This document shows, piece after piece, positions 9,166 through 17,826 of a stretch of 64,000 nucleotides of DNA (positions are counted from its first letter, which is position 1; every line of letters begins with the position of its first letter). Made by a program: the position numbers and the translations under genes. The stretch is from Candidatus Multivoradales bacterium. GTDB lineage: Bacteria > Acidobacteriota > Thermoanaerobaculia > Multivoradales > Multivoraceae. The notes under the pieces are model-generated. The model saw nothing but the letters and a program-made list of their open reading frames with translations. It had not been told where the DNA came from and ran no database searches. The stretch spans positions 832,001 through 896,000 of the forward strand of contig CBDCWI010000002.1 of assembly GCA_965223325.1 (NCBI GenBank). The letters run 5' to 3'.

Positions 9166-11946
9166 TCACCCCTCCGGCGTCCACTCCGCAGCCACCTTGA
9201 CGCGTGGGAAGTCCGGCAGGTGGCGGATCGAATCGAAGCGCGGGTCGAGTTCCAGGTACTGGCGGGAGACCGGTGACGGGTCCTCGAGCAGGCGCTCAAT
9301 GATGGCAACCGCTTCCTCTCCGTCACCGAGGCGCGCCAGGACGGCGATCCGCTGGCGATCCATCCACGCTCGCACCGTGATGTCGGCCTCGTTCGTCATC
9401 CGTTGATCGAGCTTCTCGAGCCACCCAAGCGCTTCCTTCTCACGGTCGAGGTGGGCAGCGGCAAGCGCCGCGCTCACCATATAGCGAGCATCATCCGGTG
9501 CCCTCCGCGCCTTGGCGGTGAGGGTTCGAAGAGAGCGCTCGAAAGACGCTCTGGCTTCGCCCTCGTCGCCCTTCTCGGCCACCGTGATCAGGCCCTCAAC
9601 GAGATCACGCGGGAAGTAACGCACATCGATCTCCCAGGCCCCTTCGGCGATTTCGTCGAGGGTGCTGCGCGCCATCGCGAAGTTGCGGTCGAGGTAGTAG
9701 TACCAGACGATCTGGTAGGCAAAGACATCGGGGACGCCGCCCGGAAAGCCCAGCAGTCGCGCTCTCGCACGGTCGGTGTCGCCGCAGCAGTGGACCTCGA
9801 GCTCGGCCAGGTAGGCGTGGGCGTAGCCATCGGCTGGTCGCATCTCGAGCAGCAGTTCGAAATACTCCCGCGCTCTGTCCCAGGACCGCAGGTAGAAGTT
9901 GTAGCGCGCCGGGGCCTCGGACCACACGTCGCCCACGGGCCCGAGCCCGAGTGCGCGCTCGGCGCTGTCGCGCGCCTCCTCGTAGCGGTGGGTGTGCCAA
10001 AGGAAAGCCGCATAGGCAGCGTGGCCGCGCGGATCGGGAGCGAGCGTCAGGGCACGCTGATAGTACTCGTCTGCCAGATCGGGCATTTGTGCCGCGCGAA
10101 AGTACTGACCACGCGTGAGGTTGGCCATACCGTGGTCAGGCGCCAGCTCGAGGGCGCGTTCGGTGAGTTCCGCCGCACGCTCGAGCCTGGCCTCGTCAAG
10201 GTCATCGCGATAGATCAACAATTCCGTTCCAGCGACGTAACACATCGCCTCGACGAACTCTGGGTCGCGATCGAGCGCCTGTTGGAACATCTCGAGCGCC
10301 GCCATCCGCCGAGAACGCAGGGGGTCGGTCAGGCTGTCGGTGTTCTCGAGCTCGAGGCCCTTGAGAAAGTAGCGGTAAGCCTCGAAGTCACGCGTTGGAA
10401 CCCGTGCCAGGGAGCGTTCGGAAAGCTCGCCGAGCGAGAGCTCTAAAGCATCGGCCACTGAGCGCGCGATCCTGGTTTCCGCTGTTGCAGCGTCTTCGAC
10501 CGCCAGCACAATGGTGTCGTGCCAGACCTGGCCACCGTCGACCACCGCGACTAAACGCGGTTCGATGCGCACCTCACTAAGGCGGTCGTCGCTCACCGTC
10601 CATTCGACATGACCCTGGAGGGTGTAGTCGACGCTGTGCCGGCGCGCGACCTCGTGGTTGGACACCGGGGCGTCGGCTGGAACCAGACTCCAGAGCAGGG
10701 TCATCTCCTGAACTTGCGACAGCCGGACCTCGAGTTCGTCCGAGAGACCTCTCGTTAAGTCGAGGAGGGAATCGGGACCCTCATGGGTGAACGGCATGAC
10801 GGCAACCCGTGGTTTAGGGGCCGGCGGCGGAGCGGTTTGACGCTCGAGGCCCCACCAGGTCACCAGGCCGAGGAGCAGCACCGCCGTCGCTGCCGCCAGC
10901 CAGGTCCAACGACGCCGCGGTGCCTGGGTGGCCTCGAAGGCGCGCAGGTAGGCATCGGAGAGGTCCAACTGGTGAAGCCGCACCAGCTCTTCCTTGACTT
11001 CCGAGGCGCTTCGGTAGCGATCACCGGGTTTCTTGGCCAGACAACGATGAATGATGCGCGCCAGCTCCGGTGAAACGTCATCACGCAGGGAACGCACCGG
11101 TACCGGCTCGTCTTCCTGCACCGCACGCATGACCTCGGGGCCGCTGTCGCCCTCGAAGGGACGTTGGCCGGTTGCCATCTCATACAAGAGGACACCGAGC
11201 GAGAAGACGTCCGACGTCGCATCGACTTTCTCGCCACGCATCTGCTCAGGCGAACCGTACGCGACGGTGCCGACGACGTTGCCGGTGCGCGTCAGGGAGA
11301 AGTCGGCGCTGCTATCGGTGAGGCCGTGCGCGGTGCCACTCTCACCCTCATCGGACCACTTGGCAAGACCGAAATCGAGAACTTTGATCGCCCCCGACTC
11401 ACTGACCATGATGTTTGCTGGTTTGAGGTCACGGTGAGTGATCCCTGCCGCGTGGGCGGCACCCACCGCGTCGGTCAGCGGGATGGCGTAGTCGAGCAGC
11501 TGACGAATCGCCAGCCCGCCCTCGCCGATGACCGCCGCCAGCGACGTTCCATTGACCAACTCGATGGTCAAGAACGGCCGGCCCTCGTCTTCCTCGACCG
11601 AGTACAGAGTGACGATGTGAGGATGGTTGAGAGCGGCGACTGCGCGGGCCTCACGCTTCAAGCGACGGCGGCGCTCGGGGTCGGAGCCGAAGTCCTCCGG
11701 CAGCACCTTGACGGCCACCCGACGGTCGAGTGACGGATCGACCGCTTCGTAGACCGCTCCCATGCCACCACGGCCGAGTTCGCGCAGGATGCGGTAGCGC
11801 CCCATCGTCTCGAGACGGTGGGGGGAGGGAAAGGACTGTGCGAAAGACAGGGCGCTGCCTGCTTCGAGCGGCGCTTCCCCGATTCCCGCGTCGCTCGAAA
11901 GTTCTGCCTGGCTGGCTGCCGGAGGCCTGGGCCTCTTGTTGGGCAT
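9166..11946 (-). CDS. Hanks-type Ser/Thr protein kinase with TM segment, TolB-like domain and TPR repeats
   Basis: LGRGGMGAVY, VAVK, HRDLKPAN, DFG, GTVAYGSPEQ, DVFSLG; VAVMPF domain; TPR-like helices. Start chosen at ATG 11946. Confidence 0.9.
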   Translation of the reverse strand: MPNKRPRPPAASQAELSSDAGIGEAPLEAGSALSFAQSFPSPHRLETMGRYRILRELGRGGMGAVYEAVDPSLDRRVAVKVLPEDFGSDPERRRRLKREARAVAALNHPHIVTLYSVEEDEGRPFLTIELVNGTSLAAVIGEGGLAIRQLLDYAIPLTDAVGAAHAAGITHRDLKPANIMVSESGAIKVLDFGLAKWSDEGESGTAHGLTDSSADFSLTRTGNVVGTVAYGSPEQMRGEKVDATSDVFSLGVLLYEMATGQRPFEGDSGPEVMRAVQEDEPVPVRSLRDDVSPELARIIHRCLAKKPGDRYRSASEVKEELVRLHQLDLSDAYLRAFEATQAPRRRWTWLAAATAVLLLGLVTWWGLERQTAPPPAPKPRVAVMPFTHEGPDSLLDLTRGLSDELEVRLSQVQEMTLLWSLVPADAPVSNHEVARRHSVDYTLQGHVEWTVSDDRLSEVRIEPRLVAVVDGGQVWHDTIVLAVEDAATAETRIARSVADALELSLGELSERSLARVPTRDFEAYRYFLKGLELENTDSLTDPLRSRRMAALEMFQQALDRDPEFVEAMCYVAGTELLIYRDDLDEARLERAAELTERALELAPDHGMANLTRGQYFRAAQMPDLADEYYQRALTLAPDPRGHAAYAAFLWHTHRYEEARDSAERALGLGPVGDVWSEAPARYNFYLRSWDRAREYFELLLEMRPADGYAHAYLAELEVHCCGDTDRARARLLGFPGGVPDVFAYQIVWYYYLDRNFAMARSTLDEIAEGAWEIDVRYFPRDLVEGLITVAEKGDEGEARASFERSLRTLTAKARRAPDDARYMVSAALAAAHLDREKEALGWLEKLDQRMTNEADITVRAWMDRQRIAVLARLGDGEEAVAIIERLLEDPSPVSRQYLELDPRFDSIRHLPDFPRVKVAAEWTPEG

Positions 11947-12067
11947 CGACCCGTATTGTACCGGCCCCGGTTCCGGTATCGTCGCTTTCAAGTCACCGTC
12001 CTTCGCATCGACCACAATCGATCCAGCGGATCGAGAGGCCTGCGCACGCTTTTTGGGGGTTTCACCT

Positions 12068-12952
12068 ATGTACCGAATTCGTCGATTCCGTTGCCCAGAC
12101 TCGCTTCGAAACCTCGTTTTGATCACCACCAGCGCGACAGTGATCGCGTTCAGCGCGAATGCCCTCGAGGCCCAAATCGCCACTGTCGACCCTCCCTATT
12201 CCGGTCCCGACCGCATTGAAGAGTGGACCGGGAAGCGCATTCTGGTCGTCACGCCGCATCCCGACGACGAGACCTTTACGTCGGGCGGCCTCTTGGCGCT
12301 TCTGGCAAGGCAGCAGAACGAGATCTCGGTGGTCGTCTACACCAGCGACAACGCCGGATCCCGCGACCCGACCATGACCCACGAGCGACTCGCCGCGATT
12401 CGCAAAGCCGAGGAAGAGGAGGCCTGTCGCCTGCTCGGCATTCCAGAGGAGAACCTCACGTGGCTCGGCCACGACGACGGCATGCTCGAGTACGTCGACG
12501 CTCGGACGCTGACTCGCCAGGTAGCGCGCGAGATTCGCCGCGTACGACCGCACCTCGTTCTGTCGGTCGACCCCGGGGCGCCTTATGAGCAGTACCACAA
12601 GAGCGACCATCGGGCGGCCGCGTTCATCACCGTCGACGCGATTCGCGCCGCGCGCTGGCGCCTCTACTTCCCGGAGCTCGAAGCTGCCGGCTACAAGGCA
12701 TGGAATGTTCCGCTGGTGTTGTTCTACTACTCGGCGAACCCCAACTACACCGTCGACATCACCGAGGTGGCGGAGACCAAGGCCAAGGCGGCGGCAGCGC
12801 ACACCAGTCAGTTCGATCCACTGGTCGATCACTACGATCCCGCCAAGATCACCGACGAGCACAAACGAAAGCTCGCCGCGTCACTGGCCGCCCGCCAAGC
12901 GCGCGAGAACGGCCGGGTGGTCGAGCGCTTCCGCCGCTCGACGGACTATTGA
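12068..12952 (+). CDS. PIG-L/LmbE family deacetylase, probably secreted
   Basis: PHPDDE and HKSDH metal motifs; hydrophobic N-terminal segment. Confidence 0.85.
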   Translation: MYRIRRFRCPDSLRNLVLITTSATVIAFSANALEAQIATVDPPYSGPDRIEEWTGKRILVVTPHPDDETFTSGGLLALLARQQNEISVVVYTSDNAGSRDPTMTHERLAAIRKAEEEEACRLLGIPEENLTWLGHDDGMLEYVDARTLTRQVAREIRRVRPHLVLSVDPGAPYEQYHKSDHRAAAFITVDAIRAARWRLYFPELEAAGYKAWNVPLVLFYYSANPNYTVDITEVAETKAKAAAAHTSQFDPLVDHYDPAKITDEHKRKLAASLAARQARENGRVVERFRRSTDY

Positions 12953-15900
12953 AGAACGGTCCTCGAACCCCCCGCTCGTCGACGCCCGGAGGAGCGCTGC
13001 CTGCGAAAACACCGTCTCGGGCAACCCTGCTCATCGCACTGTCGCAAGTCGCTCTTTCGGTCTTCCTTTCGCCAACCCTGGGCGCACAAGCCAGCAACGA
13101 CCACCAGATCGCGCCTGGCTATCGACTCGAGCTCGCGGCCCAGGAACCGCTGGTGCTCGACCCGGTCGATCTGGTCTTCGACGCCCGGGGTCGTGCCTTC
13201 GTCCTCGAAATGGCCGGCTACCCCATCGCTCGAGATAGCGAGCGCCTGGGTCGAATCGTCATCCTCGACGACGACGATGGCGACGGTCGCTTCGACCGTC
13301 GCACCGTGTTCGCCGATGACCTTCGTCAGCCCGACTCGATCGCTCCGTGGCACGACGGCATCCTCGTCGCCGACGCACCGTCCGTGGTCTGGCTGGTGGA
13401 CGAGGACGGTGACGATCGCGCCGAGTCGCGCCTCGAGGTCCTCCGGGGTTTCGCGGTCGGGCCCAGTGAAAGCAACGTCAACGGGTTGGTGTTCGGTCCC
13501 GACAACCAACTCCACATCGCCAACGGTTCGAGCGGCGGCCTGGTGCAGCTGGGGCGCGACGTCGAGTCGTCCGCGAGTGCGTCACCCGTCGACATACGAG
13601 GTCGCGACCTGCGCCTCCACTTCGTGCCCGAGTCGCGCCAGGCGTCCTTCGAACTCACCAACCCCACCGCCGACGGCTACGGCATCGCCTTCGACGACTG
13701 GGGCGAGCGGTTTCTCAACCACGCTCAGAAACACATCCAATGGGTTGCAACCGAGGCCTGGCAGGTCGCACCGGCACCTTCACCCGCACCGCGCGAGATC
13801 TCCGATCACGGCACCGGGGCTTCGACCCGGGTGTTTCCCGTGCGCGCCACCGGCGAACGCCCGAACCATCCAGAGCAAGCCGGAAGGATGACAGCCGCCA
13901 GCGGCCTCACCCACTACGGTGGCGACGCCCTCCCCGAGCTTGCCGGCCAGTTCTGGAGTGGCGAGCCGGTCTATGGGGTCGTACACCGCGACCTCGTCGA
14001 ACGGCGAGGCTCGGGACTCACTGCCCGGCGCGGCGAACACCAGAGCGAGTTTCTGGCGTTCGTCGACCCACGGGCACGACCGGTCCACTTCGCCACCGGC
14101 CCCGACGGCAACCTGTGGGTGGTCGACATGCGCCGCGAGATCATCGAACACCCCGAGTGGATTCCCGAAGAAATGCTCGCTGGCCAGAATGTCCGCGCCG
14201 GAAACGACGAGGGGCGCATCTACCGAGTCGCCCGGGCTGACGGAGAGCGCCCCCGACCGCGACCGAGAAACCTCGCTGCCCTGCCCATTGGCGAGCTCGT
14301 GCGTGAACTCGAGAGCACCAACCAGTGGCGTCGCGACACCGCACGCCGGCTGCTGGTCGAGCGTTCAAAGACCGACGCCGTAGACGAGATCGTACGCCTC
14401 ACCAGGGAGGCCCACGACCCACGCGCCCGCTTGACGGCTCGCTGGACTCTCGACGGCCTCGGCTATCAGTTGCCCTGGGAGACCGGCCTCCTAGACCGCC
14501 ATTCGCGGGTGCGCATCAACGCCTATCGCCGCCTTGCCGAGCGCCTGGGCTCCGAGAGGTACTCGATCGATCGCGAGGACGCGGACCGACTCGCCCGAAG
14601 GGCCAGAGGGAGCATCGCCAGCGACGTGCCGGCAGTCGCCGTGCAAGCCATGCTGGCGCTCGAGCCGCTGCGCGCCGCCGCCGAGCTGACCGAACTCTCG
14701 CGGGCCAGCCTGGATACGATTCTGCAGGCGGCTTCGCGTTACCCTGACGATAGAGGCATCATCGCTGCCGCAGTCGCCGCCACCCGCCACGCTCCCCTGG
14801 CCTTCTTCGAGCACCTGGCGAGCGAGCTCGATCACCCTCATCGGGTCCCGCCAGCGCTCTTCGAAGAGACCGCGGTCACCCTCGGCCGCAGCGGTTCCGC
14901 GTCGAGTGTCGAAGGCTTGCTGGCGACCCTGCGGGAGCTCGACACCCAGGGCGAGGCGCGGGCACTCATCAATCGCACCCTCGTCGGCCTCGCGCGGGGC
15001 CAGAGCCAGCGTTCCGAAAAAGGGGCACCGCCGCCTTCGCTGGCACACTTCCTGGCTTCACAAGAGCCGACGACACAGGCCCTCGCATGGCAGGTGGCGG
15101 CGCACACCGGGGTCCCCGCCACCATCGACCTCGCCGCCGAGCGTCGGGCGGCTCTTCAGGTGCTCGAGCGTGAGCAGAATGGCAAGGGCGACGCGATCCC
15201 CGTCCGCCTGGTGGCGATCAAGCGCCTCGGTGCGATCTACCGGCTGTCGAAGGATGCCTCTCTGCCCAGCGAGACCCTCCTGGCCGGCCTCGATCCCTGG
15301 GCGCCGAAAGACCTGCAGAACGCGACCTTCGACGTTCTCCTTGGCATCGATCGCCGCGGCACACCAATGGCTGCTCCCCTCTTGGAGCGTTGGTCTTCGC
15401 TCTCACCGGTCGTGCGCGAGCGTGCCGCAACCCTTCTGGTGTGGAGCAAGCACAACCACGACGCCTTGCTCAGCGCGCTCGAAGAAGGGCAGGTGTCGAT
15501 CGGCCAGCTGCAACTCGACCTCGAACGCCGGCGCTCCTTCTTGCGCTGGAGCACACCCGAGATCGCGCGGCGGGCAAAGCGCTTCTTCGATGACCGGGTC
15601 GTGGTCACGCGTCGAGAGGCACTCGCCAAGGCGCGACCAGCTCTGGCGATGGCGGGCAACGAGGAACGCGGGCGCCAACACTTCTCCGAGTTGTGCGCCC
15701 GTTGTCACCGGCTGGCCGGAGAGGGATCCGCCATAGGGCCAGACCTCGACGACGCCAGTCGGAAGAGCAGCGCCGCCCTTCTCCACGACATCGTCGACCC
15801 CAACGCCGGCGTCTCGCCCGAGTACCTCGCCTACGACGTCACCACCACGAACGGTGAGCTGGTCAGCGGATTGCTCGAGAACCAGGACGAGGCGATCATC

Positions 15901-16056
15901 GTTCGGACGGCGGATGGCAAAGAGCGGCGGATAGAGCGCGTAGACATCGAAGAGGTCTACTCGAGCGGCCTTTCGCTGATGCCTGAAGAACTCGAGTCCG
16001 GTCTCGATCATCAGCAGCTCGCTGACCTCCTGGCATGGCTCAAGCAGAACCACTAG
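12949..16056 (+). CDS. PVC-type haem-binding CxxCH protein (membrane-bound dehydrogenase-like beta-propeller, HEAT repeats, cytochrome c)
   Basis: AQEPLVLDPV..FD..GR, GPDG.LWVVDM.R.IIEH, C-terminal CARCH..IGPDL..SLMPE. Start (TTG 12949) inferred. Confidence 0.85.
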   Translation: MKNGPRTPRSSTPGGALPAKTPSRATLLIALSQVALSVFLSPTLGAQASNDHQIAPGYRLELAAQEPLVLDPVDLVFDARGRAFVLEMAGYPIARDSERLGRIVILDDDDGDGRFDRRTVFADDLRQPDSIAPWHDGILVADAPSVVWLVDEDGDDRAESRLEVLRGFAVGPSESNVNGLVFGPDNQLHIANGSSGGLVQLGRDVESSASASPVDIRGRDLRLHFVPESRQASFELTNPTADGYGIAFDDWGERFLNHAQKHIQWVATEAWQVAPAPSPAPREISDHGTGASTRVFPVRATGERPNHPEQAGRMTAASGLTHYGGDALPELAGQFWSGEPVYGVVHRDLVERRGSGLTARRGEHQSEFLAFVDPRARPVHFATGPDGNLWVVDMRREIIEHPEWIPEEMLAGQNVRAGNDEGRIYRVARADGERPRPRPRNLAALPIGELVRELESTNQWRRDTARRLLVERSKTDAVDEIVRLTREAHDPRARLTARWTLDGLGYQLPWETGLLDRHSRVRINAYRRLAERLGSERYSIDREDADRLARRARGSIASDVPAVAVQAMLALEPLRAAAELTELSRASLDTILQAASRYPDDRGIIAAAVAATRHAPLAFFEHLASELDHPHRVPPALFEETAVTLGRSGSASSVEGLLATLRELDTQGEARALINRTLVGLARGQSQRSEKGAPPPSLAHFLASQEPTTQALAWQVAAHTGVPATIDLAAERRAALQVLEREQNGKGDAIPVRLVAIKRLGAIYRLSKDASLPSETLLAGLDPWAPKDLQNATFDVLLGIDRRGTPMAAPLLERWSSLSPVVRERAATLLVWSKHNHDALLSALEEGQVSIGQLQLDLERRRSFLRWSTPEIARRAKRFFDDRVVVTRREALAKARPALAMAGNEERGRQHFSELCARCHRLAGEGSAIGPDLDDASRKSSAALLHDIVDPNAGVSPEYLAYDVTTTNGELVSGLLENQDEAIIVRTADGKERRIERVDIEEVYSSGLSLMPEELESGLDHQQLADLLAWLKQNH

Positions 16057-16136
16057 CGGGCAGGATCTGGACCGCCAGTAAGATCACGTTCCTCCCCTGA
16101 CCGACAAACCAAGAAACACTGCCGGAGACGCCAACG

Positions 16137-16685
16137 ATGGGAAAGGTCTACCCGCACCTGGACGGCGCGCTGCAAGGCTTTATCGAGGACCAGCACATGT
16201 TCTTCGTCGCCAGCGCGCCGCTCGCCGCCGATGGACTGGTCAACCTCTCGCCTAAGGGACTCGACAGCTTCCGCGTTCTAACACCGTCGACGGTTGCCTT
16301 CCTCGACCTCGGCGGCAGCGGCATCGAGACCCTCGCCCACTGCAAGGAGAACGGCCGGATCGTGTTCCTTTTCTGCGCGTTCGAGGGACCACCTCGCATT
16401 CTCCGACTCTACGGCACGGGTGAAGCCATCGAGCCAGGGCACCCGGAATGGAACGCGCTGCTCGCGGAGTTCCCCGAGTACCCGCACCCGCGTTCAATCA
16501 TCCGCGCCGAGCTCACCCGCATCGCAGACTCCTGCGGCTTCGCCGTTCCGCTCTATGAGTACCAGAGCCAACGTGACCAGCTGGTGCGCTACAACCAGAC
16601 GCTCGGCGAAGAGGTGCTCGCCGAAAAGCGCAACGAGCACAACGCGACGAGCCTCGACGGCCTTCCCGGGCTCACCCCACGGTGA
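16137..16685 (+). CDS. Pyridoxamine 5'-phosphate oxidase-like FMN-binding protein
   Basis: FFVASAP..NLSPKG, GSGIET.AH..ENGR, FCAFEGPPRILRLYG, SCGFAVP. Confidence 0.85.
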   Translation: MGKVYPHLDGALQGFIEDQHMFFVASAPLAADGLVNLSPKGLDSFRVLTPSTVAFLDLGGSGIETLAHCKENGRIVFLFCAFEGPPRILRLYGTGEAIEPGHPEWNALLAEFPEYPHPRSIIRAELTRIADSCGFAVPLYEYQSQRDQLVRYNQTLGEEVLAEKRNEHNATSLDGLPGLTPR

Positions 16686-16812
16686 GAGGTCTCGGAGATC
16701 CCCGCTAGGCCGCGACCGTGACCACGATAGGCTGGAGATTCACCATCTGGAAGAAGCTCTCTTACGCACGTCATGCAGGAATGGCGCCTCGCGCCTCAGG
16801 GAAGGGAACACG

Positions 16813-17826
16813 ATGATCTCCAAGCTACGACTTCTCGCTGTCGCCTCGGCGGTCTTGTTGGCGGGCAACACACTCGCCGCAACACCCCCCGAGGTTCCAC
16901 GGACGGCAGATGGGCACCCATCGTTCGACGGGGTGTGGACCAACGCCTCCTTGACCCGTCTGACGCGCTCACCTGACGTTCCCCTGGTCCTCACACCGCA
17001 ACAAGCGGAAGAGATGGCGGGCGGGCACTTTCACAACGTGCGTGCGGCTCGCGACTCGAAGCCCAGCGACCCCAACCGCAGCGCCCCCGAAGCGGTCGAG
17101 AAGCTTCCCCCGGTAGGCAACTACAACGCCGGCTGGGTCGAACCGGGAACGAAGTACGGAGTGGTTCGGGGCGAAGTCCGTTCGTCATGGATCGTTTCCC
17201 CTGCCGACGGCCGCCTGCCGCTTCGCGAGGGGGTCTACAAACGCGATCGCTCGCTCCGCGAGACTCCCGATGACCCGGAAGTCATGTCACTGGGCGAACG
17301 CTGCCTGCTGGGCTTTGGCGGCACCGCCGGTCCGCCGATGCTCAACGTGCTCTACAACAACTACTACCGCATCGTGCAAGGTCGCGATCACGTCGCGATC
17401 GTGGTCGAAATGGTGCACGACACGCGCCTCGTGCGCCTCGGCGGCGAGCACAGTAGCGCCCTGTCGCCGCGCTGGCTGGGTGAATCGGTGGCCCATTGGG
17501 AGGGCGACACGCTGGTGATCGAGACGGCAAACTTCCACCCCATTCGGGCGCTCAACGGGCCGATTCCCTACTCCGCCGACGCGGTGGTCACTGAGCGCCT
17601 TACCCGGGATTCGGCTACCGAGCTGCACTACGAGTTCCTCATCGAAGACCCGACCTTCTACACCGAAGCCATCCGCGGGGAAATGACCTTTCGGGCGGTC
17701 GACGAGGCGGTCTTCGAGTACGCCTGCCACGAGGGCAACTACGGCCTCAAGAACATTCTCACCGGCGCGCGCTTCGAGGAACAGAACGAAGTCGAGAGTG
17801 CCAGCAAAGAGTCCGATCGCGAGTGA
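16813..17826 (+). CDS. Secreted hypothetical protein (EYACHEGNY family), paralog of 20557-21645
   Basis: Signal peptide; DGHPSFDGVW, ERCLL, WEGDTLV, EYACHEGNY. Confidence 0.75.
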   Translation: MISKLRLLAVASAVLLAGNTLAATPPEVPRTADGHPSFDGVWTNASLTRLTRSPDVPLVLTPQQAEEMAGGHFHNVRAARDSKPSDPNRSAPEAVEKLPPVGNYNAGWVEPGTKYGVVRGEVRSSWIVSPADGRLPLREGVYKRDRSLRETPDDPEVMSLGERCLLGFGGTAGPPMLNVLYNNYYRIVQGRDHVAIVVEMVHDTRLVRLGGEHSSALSPRWLGESVAHWEGDTLVIETANFHPIRALNGPIPYSADAVVTERLTRDSATELHYEFLIEDPTFYTEAIRGEMTFRAVDEAVFEYACHEGNYGLKNILTGARFEEQNEVESASKESDRE